A stretch of 64,000 nucleotides of DNA from an uncultured Candidatus Rokubacteria bacterium (GTDB lineage Bacteria > Methylomirabilota > Methylomirabilia > Rokubacteriales > CSP1-6). Shown here one piece after another: positions 10,237-17,788 of this stretch (position 1 is the first letter of the stretch; each line of letters opens with the position of its first letter). The translations under genes were made by a program, and so were the position numbers. Under the pieces are notes generated by a model. The model was not told where the DNA came from. It saw nothing but the letters and a program-made list of their open reading frames with translations, and did not search any database. The stretch lies in assembly GCA_963762145.1 (NCBI GenBank), contig CAVXJS010000015.1, positions 96,001 to 160,000 on the forward strand. Direction: 5' to 3'.

Positions 10237-10683
10237 CTACGCCGGCTTGGACGTGAGCAGCTCGGTCATCCGGGTGAAGAACTGATCGAGCATCATCTTG
10301 GTGACGCCGCCGAGCATCCGCTGCCCGACGCTCGCGATGAGCCCGCCCACCTGCACGTCGGCGTCGTAGCTCACCTTGGTGCCGCCGGCCACGTCGGACA
10401 TCTGCATGCCCGCGTCGCCGCGGACGAAGCCCGGGCCCCCGCTGCCCTCGACCGCCATGCGGTAACGGTTGGGCGGCTCGAGGTCGCTCAGCTTCACCTT
10501 GCCCTCGAACGTGCCCTTGATGGCCGCGACCCCGACCTTCATGGTGGCCTTGTACTCGTTGGGTCCGATCGCCTCCAGCTTCTCGCAGCCGGGCAGCGCC
10601 TGCGCCAGGATGTCGGGATCGAGGAAGGCAGCCCACACCTTCTCACGCGGGGCCGGGATGTCGGCGGAGCCTTCGATCTTCAT
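10237..10683 (-). CDS. coxG: CoxG/SRPBCC-family protein
   Basis: MKIEGSADIPAPREKVWAAFLDPDILAQALPGCE...VGGLIASVGQRML. Confidence 0.9.
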   Translation of the reverse strand: MKIEGSADIPAPREKVWAAFLDPDILAQALPGCEKLEAIGPNEYKATMKVGVAAIKGTFEGKVKLSDLEPPNRYRMAVEGSGGPGFVRGDAGMQMSDVAGGTKVSYDADVQVGGLIASVGQRMLGGVTKMMLDQFFTRMTELLTSKPA

Positions 10684-10684
10684 G

Positions 10685-11876
10685 TCAGCCCTCGAGCGTG
10701 CGAACGGCGGCGGCCATCCGTCGTAGCCCTTCGTTGATGGTGTCGAGCCCGGTCGCGTACGAGAGGCGGATGTGGGCGTCGGAGCCGAAGTCCACCCCGG
10801 CCACGGTGGCGATGCGCGCCTCGTCCAGCAGGAACGCGCACACGTCGGCGGAGCCGCGCAGCACGCCGGCCTTCGCGCGCTTGCCGAAGAGCCCGGAGAC
10901 GTTGGGGAACGCGTAGAACGCGCCCTTCGGCATCACGCAGGTCACGCCCGGGATCGCGTTGAGCGCCTCGATGATCACGCGGCGGCGCCGATCGAACTCG
11001 CCCGCCATCTTGGCCACCTCGTCCTGCGGGCCGGCGAGCGCCTCCACCGCGGCCCACTGGGCGACCGACGTGGGATTGGAGGTGACCTGGCTCTGCACGT
11101 CGGTCATCGCCTTGATGACGGGCCTGGGGCCGGCCGCGTACCCGATGCGCCACCCGGTCATCGCGTAGGCCTTCGAGCACGTGTTGACCACGATGGTCCG
11201 CGCCTTCACCTCGGCGGACAGCGACGCGATGGACACGTGCCGCCCCTCGTAGGTGAGCGACTCGTAGCACTCGTCCGAGACGATCCACAGATCGCGCTCC
11301 ACCGCGAGCTTCGCCACCTCGGCCAGCGCGTCCGGGGAGAACACCGCGCCGGTCGGGTTGCCCGGGCTGTCGAGCACGACCAGCTTCGTTCGCGGCGTCA
11401 CCGCCCGGTGAAGCGCAGCCGGGTCGAGATCGAAGCCGGTGGCCTCCTGCGGTGACCACCGGGACCGGCACTCCGCCCAGCAGGCGCACCTGCTCCGGGT
11501 ACGAGACCCAGTACGGGCTCGGGATCAGCACCTCGTCGCCCGGATTGATGAGCGCCATCACGATGTTGTAGAGCGTGTGCTTGGCGCCGCAGGAGGCCGT
11601 CACCTCGTCCGGCGCGTACTCGAGGCCGTGGTCGCGCTTGAACTTCTGGCAGATCGCAGCGCGCAGCTCGGGAATGCCCCCGACCTCGGTGTACTTGGTC
11701 TGCCCCTTCTCGATCGCGCGGACCGCGGCGTCCTTGATGCGGGAGGGCGTGTCAAAGTCGGGCTCGCCCGCCCCGAAGGAGATCACGTCGATGCCCTGCG
11801 CGCGCATCGCCTTCGCCTTGGCCTGCATGGCGAGGGTCGGCGAGGGGGCCAGCGTCTTCATCCGGTCTGCCAGCAT
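10685..11876 (-). CDS. aspC: PLP-dependent aspartate aminotransferase (class I); frameshifted near 11400-11450
   Basis: N-half SFGAGEPDFDTP...YTEVGGIPELR; C-half SPGNPTG, SDECYE and PLP-Lys motif SKAYAMTGWRIGY. Confidence 0.9.
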
Positions 11877-11892
11877 GGGCTCCTGCCTTTGA

Positions 11893-12388
11893 CTATCTGG
11901 GCTTGGAAAACTTCTGGGCCAGGCGCTCTTCCACCGGCGGCGGGACCATGCCGGTGATCGGGCGCGCCCAGCGAGGCGACTTCCTTGATGAGGCGCGAGG
12001 CGATGTAGGTGTAGCGCTCGTGCGGCATCATGAACACGGTCTCCACCGTGTGGCGGAGCTTGCGGTTCATCAGCGCCATCTGGAACTCGTACTCGAAGTC
12101 GGAGACGGCCCGGAGGCCGCGCACGATGCAGTCCGCGCCCTCGCGCTCCACCAGGTCGATCAGCAGGCCATCGAACGACGTGATGCGCATCCGGCCCATC
12201 CCGATGCCGGCGGTGCACTCGTCGATCAGCTCGAGACGCTCCTTGACCGTGAAGAGCGGCTCCTTGGAGGGGTTCGCGACGACCGCCACGATCAGCTCGT
12301 CGAAGATGCGCAGGCTGCGCTCGATCAGATCCAGATGCCCGTTGTGCATCGGATCGAACATCCCGGGATACACCGCCCGCTTGCCCAC
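11893..12388 (-). CDS. coaD: Phosphopantetheine adenylyltransferase; frameshift near the C-terminus (~11965)
   Basis: AVYPGMFDPMHNGHLDLIER, IVRGLRAVSDFEYEFQMALMN; the corrected tail ITGMVPPPVEERL ends at TAG 11893. Confidence 0.92.
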
Positions 12389-12433
12389 GCTCGCCCCCGT
12401 GCGTTCCGTCTGGAAACTGCCCGAAAACGTTGC

Positions 12434-12991
12434 TCAGTCTACGCGTCGGCGAAAGAAAGTCAAGGTCGTCTCCCCGAAGCGACGCGCCTTCCAGAGCGTG
12501 AGCGCGCCCGGAGCCGCGGCGGGCGGCGTCTTGGTACCGTGCTGGATCACCACCACCGCGTCCGCCACCAGCACGTGGCCGGCCGCCACCGCGTCGAGCG
12601 CGGCGGACGCGCGCGGCGAGTCGTACGGCGGGTCGAGGAAGACGACGCCGAAGCGCTCGCCCGCCGCTTCGAGCTCGCCGACCGCGCGCGCGGCGTCGCT
12701 CCGCATCACGCGCGCCTGATCCGCTATGCCCAGGCGCTCGACGTTGTCGCGCAGCGCGCGCAGGGCGGCGCCGTCCTGCTCCACGAACACCACCGACGGG
12801 GCCCCGCGGGAGAGCGCCTCGATGCCGACGCCGCCCGCGCCCGCGAAGAGATCGAGAAACGGGCCCGCGTCGAGGTACGGCATCAGGGTGTCGAGGCAGG
12901 CGATGCGCACCTGATCCGCGGTCGGCCGCGTGGTCCGTCCGCGCGGCGTGGTCAGCCGCTGGCCCTTCAGCGCCCCCGCCAGCACCCTCAC
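12434..12991 (-). CDS. rsmD: 16S rRNA (guanine(966)-N2)-methyltransferase
   Basis: MRVLAGALKGQRL, TRPTADQVR, LDLFAGAGGVGIEALSRGA, FLDPPY. Confidence 0.93.
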   Translation of the reverse strand: MRVLAGALKGQRLTTPRGRTTRPTADQVRIACLDTLMPYLDAGPFLDLFAGAGGVGIEALSRGAPSVVFVEQDGAALRALRDNVERLGIADQARVMRSDAARAVGELEAAGERFGVVFLDPPYDSPRASAALDAVAAGHVLVADAVVVIQHGTKTPPAAAPGALTLWKARRFGETTLTFFRRRVD

Positions 12992-12995
12992 GGAA

Positions 12996-13062
12996 CCCTC
13001 TCCCCTCTGGGGAGAGGGCAGGGTGAGGGGGTGAGTGATGAGGGGGTGAGTGGTGAGGGGGT
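12996..13062. repeat. REP-like family 1, copy 2, with tandem GTGAGGGG-like extensions and an 8-bp flanking direct repeat
   Basis: ccctctcccctctggggagagggcagggtgaggggg plus two partial repeats; CCTCACGG occurs at 12986-12993 and 13063-13070. Confidence 0.8.
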
Positions 13063-13064
13063 CC

Positions 13065-13508
13065 TCACGGCGTCGTCTCCGACGCCCCCACGCGGCGCCC
13101 GTCGACTCTCCACTGCTCCCCCTCGCGCAGCACCGCGTACTCGACGCGGTCGGGCACCCCGTCCCTCTCCGCGGCCCGGGTGGCCTCGACCAGGAACACC
13201 ACGCGCGAGGGGCTGCGCCGGATCTGCTGCACGCGGAAGTCGGCGTAGCGCGGCTCGCTCGCCGCCCGCGACTCCGCGTACTCGGCGTCGGTGCCCCGCC
13301 CCTGCCGCGTCCACTCGGCCTGCACGCGCTTCGATAGGCGCGGCCAGCACGGCGCGAAGCGCCGCGTGCGCTCGCATGCGAAGTAGTCCTCGAGCGTCTG
13401 GCGGGCGCGGGCCAGCTCCACGCTGTTCTGGCCCGCCGCCGGCGCCGGCGCGCCCAGCGCGCCCAGCGCGAGCGCGCCCACCAGGGCCCACCGCGCGCGG
13501 ACGCGCAT
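13065..13508 (-). CDS. Hypothetical exported protein (possibly NTF2/DUF4878-like fold)
   Basis: Signal peptide MRVRARWALVGALALGALGAPAPA; C-terminal YAVLREGEQWRVD. The ORF track fuses it to recG only through a frameshift. Confidence 0.65.
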   Translation of the reverse strand: MRVRARWALVGALALGALGAPAPAAGQNSVELARARQTLEDYFACERTRRFAPCWPRLSKRVQAEWTRQGRGTDAEYAESRAASEPRYADFRVQQIRRSPSRVVFLVEATRAAERDGVPDRVEYAVLREGEQWRVDGRRVGASETTP

Positions 13509-15655
13509 CAGCCCACCCCGGCCAGGTCCAGCTTGCCGCGCCATCGCTGGAGCAGCGCGGCCCGCAGGGCCCGGTGGGGCGGCAGCGACGAGATTGGGGT
13601 CCTCGCGGATCAGCGCGACCGCGTCGCGCCGCGCGGCCTCGAGCGCGGCCGCGTCGCGGAGCAGGTCGGCGACGCGGAACTCGGGCAGGCCAGACTGGCG
13701 CGTGCCGAAGAAGTCGCCGGGGCCCCGCAGCGACAGATCGGCCTCCGCGATCTTGAAGCCGTCGTTGGTGGCGGTCATCGCCTCGAGGCGCCGCTTGGCG
13801 TCGTCGGACGAGGCGCCGGAGAGCAGGATGCAGTAGCTCTTCCACGGGCCGCGGCCGACGCGCCCGCGAAGCTGGTGGAGCTGGGAGAGGCCGAACCGCT
13901 CCGCGTGCTCGACGAGCATCACCGAAGCGTTCGGCACGTCGATCCCGACCTCGATGACGGTGGTCGACACCAGGACGTGGATGGCGCCCGCCTTGAACTC
14001 CCGCATCACGCGATCCTTCTCGGCGAAGGGCATGCGCCCGTGCAGCAGACCGATGGTGAGATCGGTGAAGACCTCGCCCTGCAGGCGCTCGGCCATCTCG
14101 GTCGCCGCCTGCAGATCGAGGGCCTCGGACTCCTCCACCAGCGGGCAGACCACGTAGACCTGGCGGCCGTCGCTCACCTGCTCGCGCAGGAAGCGGTAGA
14201 TCTTCCCGCGCGCCGAGCCGGGGCGCGACCGGGTGAGCACCGGCTTGCGCCCGGGCGGGAGCTGGTCGATCACCGAGACCTCGAGGTCGCCGTAGAGCGT
14301 GAGGGCGAGCGTGCGCGGGATCGGGGTGGCGGTCATCACCAGCACGTCCGGGCTCTCGCCCTTGCGCTTGAGCGTCGCGCGCTGGTGCACGCCGAACCGG
14401 TGCTGCTCGTCGACCACGGCCAGACCGAGGCGCCGGAAGCTCACCGCCTCCTGGACGAGCGCGTGCGTGCCGATCACGCAGCGGATCTCGCCCGCCGCGG
14501 CGGCCGCGAGCACCCGCTCGCGCGCCTTGCCCTTGACCGCGTTGGTCAGGAGCCCGACCTCCACGTCGAGAGGCCCGAGGAGCTGGGTCAGGGTCATGAA
14601 GTGCTGCTCGGCCAGGATCTCGGTCGGCGCCATCAGGGCCGCCTGGTAGCCGGCCTCGACCGCGGTGAGGATCGCGAGGGCCGCCACCATCGTCTTGCCC
14701 GACCCCACGTCGCCCTGGAGCAGCCGGTTCATCGGATAGGGCTCCGCCATGTCCTGGCGGATCTCGCGCCACACGCGCTCCTGCGCTTCCGTCAGCGCGA
14801 ACGGCAGCGAGCCGAGGAGGCGCCGGGCGAGCGCGCCGGGCGGGTTCATCGCGAGGCCGGGCTGACGGCCCTGCCGCTGCCGGCGGATCGCCAAGCCCAG
14901 CTGGAGCAGCAGGAACTCGTCGTAGACGAGGCGGCGCCGGGCCCCCGCGTAGTCGGTGTCCGCCTTCGGGAAGTGGCCGGCGCGCAGCGCCTCAGCGAGC
15001 GGCACGAGGCGGTGCTTCGCCCGCAGCGCGTCGGGCAGTGGATCTTCCAGGCCGTCCACGTAGCCGTCCACCAGCCGCTTCATCAGCCGGCGCATCGGCC
15101 GTGCGGTGAGGCCGCGCGTCAGCCCGTACACCGGCACCAGGCGGCCGGTGTGGAGCGTGTCGTCCGACGGCTCCCCTGCGCCCTCCGCGGGGTCGTCCTC
15201 GACGACCTCGTAGTCCTTCACGTTCATCTGAAGCGGCCCCGAGCGGTAGCGCTGCGCCTTGCCGTGGACGATGAGGCGCTGGCCGCGCTGGAAGAGGCGC
15301 TCGAGGTACGCCTGGCCGAACCACACGCAGGTGAGGAAGCCGGTGCCGTCGCTCAGCAGCACCGACAGCGGCACCCGTGGCCGGTTCCGGGGGGCGGGCT
15401 GATCGCCCGGATGGTCCCCGTCACCGTGGTCACGTCATCGGGCTTGAGGCTCCGGAGCGGGGTGAGCTGGCTCCGGTCCTCGTGCCGGAGTGGGAGGTAG
15501 TAGAGCGCGTCCTCCACGGTGTCGAGGCCCAGATTGGCGAGGAGCTTGGCCCGCTGGGGCCCGACGCCCTTGAGGAACTGGAGCGCCGTGGCGAGGGGAT
15601 GGGTCGCGGACGCTCCCGCGCTGCGCGGGGCGCCGGCCGGCTTACTCGGGGCCAA
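13508..15655 (-). CDS. recG: ATP-dependent DNA helicase RecG; frameshifts near 15380 and 13590
   Basis: LKGVGPQRA, MNRLLQGDVGSGKT, VDEQHRFGV, MTATPIPRTL, QLHQLRGRVGRG, GDFFGTRQSG. Confidence 0.95.
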
Positions 15656-15659
15656 CGGT

Positions 15660-15688
15660 TTGCCTCATGCCAGCCCTCATGCTATAAA
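15660..15688 (+). promoter_or_regulatory. Sigma70-like promoter of rpmB
   Basis: TTGCCT, 17 nt spacer ending in an extended -10 TGC, then TATAAA, 56 nt upstream of the ATG. Confidence 0.55.
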
Positions 15689-15744
15689 AGGTGGCCGCAT
15701 CCAGCAAACCACACTCAGACCCAGGGATCGGCAGGGGATCAAGC

Positions 15745-15936
15745 ATGGCTCGAATCTGTGATGTCTGCGGGAAGGGTCCGGCCGTCGGCCACAAGATCAG
15801 CCACGCCCACAACGTGACCAAGCGGCGGTGGCTTCCGAATCTGGTCTCGCTGCGCGCCATGGTCAAGGGCCGGCCGCAGCGGATGCGTGTCTGCACGCGC
15901 TGCCTGAAGGCCGGCAAGGTCGTCAAGGTCGTCTAG
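15745..15936 (+). CDS. rpmB: 50S ribosomal protein L28 (Zn-binding C+ form)
   Basis: [33 protein letters not shown]...[12 protein letters not shown]. Confidence 0.97.
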   Translation: MARICDVCGKGPAVGHKISHAHNVTKRRWLPNLVSLRAMVKGRPQRMRVCTRCLKAGKVVKVV

Positions 15937-15943
15937 CTCGGTA

Positions 15944-15978
15944 GAAAAAGAGGGCGGGGGGTGTCACCACCCCCCGCC
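15944..15978 (-). terminator. Intrinsic terminator ending the AbiEi-like/peptide transcript; may also act on rpmB
   Basis: Perfect 11-bp stem GGCGGGGGGTG-tcac-CACCCCCCGCC followed on the minus strand by CTCTTTTTC. Confidence 0.75.
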
Positions 15979-16051
15979 GTACTCTGCAGCGTAGCTTCTG
16001 AATGAGTCCCGGTGGGAGGCCGCCACCCCCCACCGCACGACTACCGCACAC

Positions 16052-16093
16052 TTACTTCTTCTTCTTCTTGGCCGCCTTCTTCTTCTTCGCCAT
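16052..16093 (-). CDS. Ultra-short lysine-rich peptide MAKKKKAAKKKKK (13 aa)
   Basis: ATG...TAA with AAGGAGGTGA 8 nt upstream; all Lys codons are AAG; below the ORF-track size limit. Confidence 0.7.
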   Translation of the reverse strand: MAKKKKAAKKKKK

Positions 16094-16137
16094 GAGGGTC
16101 GTCACCTCCTTTCATTGAGAAATAACCTCACGCTTCG

Positions 16138-16209
16138 CTACTTCCTCTTACCCTTCTTGGTGGCCTTCTTCTTGCCACCCTTCTTGACCGCCTTCTTGCG
16201 CTTCGGCAT
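16138..16209 (-). CDS. Short lysine-rich peptide MPKRKKAVKKGGKKKATKKGKRK (23 aa)
   Basis: ATG...TAG with GGGAGGTGA 8 nt upstream, 30 nt after the AbiEi-like stop; 12 Lys and 2 Arg. Confidence 0.72.
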   Translation of the reverse strand: MPKRKKAVKKGGKKKATKKGKRK

Positions 16210-16239
16210 GTGAGGTCTCACCTCCCTTCGGTCGTGGAC

Positions 16240-17286
16240 TCAGTAACCCATCGCTTCGCGCCGGAGATGCGCGGCCTGATCCCGGCCGCGGCGCTCGTAG
16301 TGATAGAGGTCCGCGAAGAGCTGGGGCAGGCAGACCACCGGGAGCCCCCCCTTTGCCAGCGGGGCATAGAAGACGCCCTGGTCGTACGGAGAGAGCAGGT
16401 AGACGTTCCCCTCCCCCTCGGCCGGCCGTAGTCCCAGCGCCCGGGCCACCGGCTGCGGGTCGCCCTCCAGATAGCAGTGGATGGCCGGGAAGCGGACGTT
16501 CGGCGCCACAAGCGCGGCGCCCGAATGGAGCGTGAACGCGTACCGGCGGTGCGCCTCGTGGGCCGCCCGGCCCAGCTCCGCCACGAGCCCGCGGGTGATC
16601 CGCTCCGGGGAAAAGTAGGCCTGGACGTCGTTCTGCCGGTACGAGTAGGCCTCCACCCAGGCATCCAGGAGCTCCCCCGGCCGGGTGAGCTGGATACGCT
16701 GCTGGCCGTTCCGCTCGACCCAGGACAGCTCCTCGAGGCGCTTCACCACGTTGTGGGCATGGCCCAGGCTCACGTCGGCGGCCTTGGCCAGCTCCTCGAG
16801 CCGCCAGGCATGCTGGGGGTCTACCAGGATGACCCTGATGACCCTGGTCGCCCGGGGGGCGAACAGCGACTTCAGGGGCCGGTTGGAGGGCCGGAGGTTC
16901 GGCTTGCCCTCCTTCTCGATCAGCACGTTCTCGAAGCTCAGGTAGCAATTGCCGGAAAGGTCCAGGTACCCCAGCCCGCTCCGTTTGAGGAGGGACGCGC
17001 TCTGGGGGCTGATGTACGGGGATACCGCGACCGGGTAGGCCTCCGGCATGTCCTTGCGGATCTCCAAAAGCCTGGTCACGGCCTCCCTGATCTGCCGGGG
17101 TTGGCCGAGAGAACTGACACCAATTGCCAGTGTGTGAGGCCTGTCGCCCATCTTGAATTTCATCAGCAGATCAGCTGTTTGACCGCCTATCTTGACGTCG
17201 GCGGACTGCTCCCACCCACTGGCTTTCGACATCAACTCGCGCACCCGCTGCGCTGCCAGGGTCTTGATATCGTCTGCTTTCGCCAT
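16240..17286 (-). CDS. AbiEi-type (AbiEi_2-like) transcriptional regulator/antitoxin: degenerate restriction-endonuclease-like N-domain, wHTH, AbiEi C-domain
   Basis: YPVAVSPYISPQSASLLKRSGLGYLDLSGNCYL; HTH WRLEELAKAADVSLGHAHNVVKRL; C-terminal PVVCLPQLFADLYHYERRGRDQAAHL. Start MAKADDIK at 17286 has SD gaagga. Confidence 0.75.
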   Translation of the reverse strand: MAKADDIKTLAAQRVRELMSKASGWEQSADVKIGGQTADLLMKFKMGDRPHTLAIGVSSLGQPRQIREAVTRLLEIRKDMPEAYPVAVSPYISPQSASLLKRSGLGYLDLSGNCYLSFENVLIEKEGKPNLRPSNRPLKSLFAPRATRVIRVILVDPQHAWRLEELAKAADVSLGHAHNVVKRLEELSWVERNGQQRIQLTRPGELLDAWVEAYSYRQNDVQAYFSPERITRGLVAELGRAAHEAHRRYAFTLHSGAALVAPNVRFPAIHCYLEGDPQPVARALGLRPAEGEGNVYLLSPYDQGVFYAPLAKGGLPVVCLPQLFADLYHYERRGRDQAAHLRREAMGY

Positions 17287-17300
17287 TCCTTCTTGTCCAC

Positions 17301-17364
17301 TTTCACTTGTTCCTTCATTTTCAGCGTATGCTGAAACCATATGAACAAATGAAAATCCTGTCAA
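17301..17364 (-). promoter_or_regulatory. Promoter with a 54-bp palindromic operator for the AbiEi-like gene
   Basis: Minus strand TTGACA (17364-17359), 17 nt, TATGGT (17341-17336). Co-centred palindrome TTTCACTTGTTC-N6-TTTCAGC-gtat-GCTGAAA-N6-GAACAAATGAAA (17301-17354). Confidence 0.75.
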
Positions 17365-17380
17365 GCAAAAATCTTCGGGG

Positions 17381-17749
17381 TTACTGGTCCCCAATCCCTT
17401 CCATGGTCTCGTCGTCGAGGCCGAAGTAATGGCCGACCTCGTGGACCACGACGTCACGGACGAGATCAGCCATTTCCTCGGGATCCGCGCAGTCCTCTTC
17501 GATGGGACCCTGGTAGATGTGGATGGTGTCCGGCAGGACATTGCCGTAGGAGGAATCCCGGCGGGTGATGTCGATGCCCCGGTATAGCCCGTAGAGGGTG
17601 TCCGGAGGCTCGATCCCCATCTCGGCGAGCGTCGCGTCGTCGGCCCAGTCCTCGACCACGACGGCAATGTTGGCCAGCTTGTCGCGGAAGGCGCGCGGCA
17701 GCTTGCGGAGGGCCGAGTCGACGAGCGCTTCGAACTGCCGGCGGGTCAT
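17381..17749 (-). CDS. Zincin-like minimal metallopeptidase (Zincin_1/DUF1025)
   Basis: LYGLYRG...LPDTIHIYQGPI...VVHEVGHYFGLDD (HExxH). Confidence 0.9.
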   Translation of the reverse strand: MTRRQFEALVDSALRKLPRAFRDKLANIAVVVEDWADDATLAEMGIEPPDTLYGLYRGIDITRRDSSYGNVLPDTIHIYQGPIEEDCADPEEMADLVRDVVVHEVGHYFGLDDETMEGIGDQ

Positions 17750-17788
17750 CAGATGGCTGGCTGGGGACGGCTGGCAACTGCTCGGGGG

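Noticed and set aside
13021-13062. Short tandem GTGAGGGGGTGAG repeats as a CRISPR array
   Set aside because: Units are ~15 nt with no unique spacers and no cas genes; they are partial duplications of a REP end
13065-15374. RecG fused to a secreted domain (769-aa ORF in the track)
   Set aside because: The true RecG tail (RWRGKLDLAGVG*) is in another frame ending at 13508; the fusion arises from an indel near 13590
16148-16230. Off-frame tail ...EAQEGGQEGWQEEGHQEG of ORF 16148-16948 resembling an acidic Pup-like end
   Set aside because: It is only the shifted reading of the AAG-rich peptide ORF and does not end in GGQ or GGE
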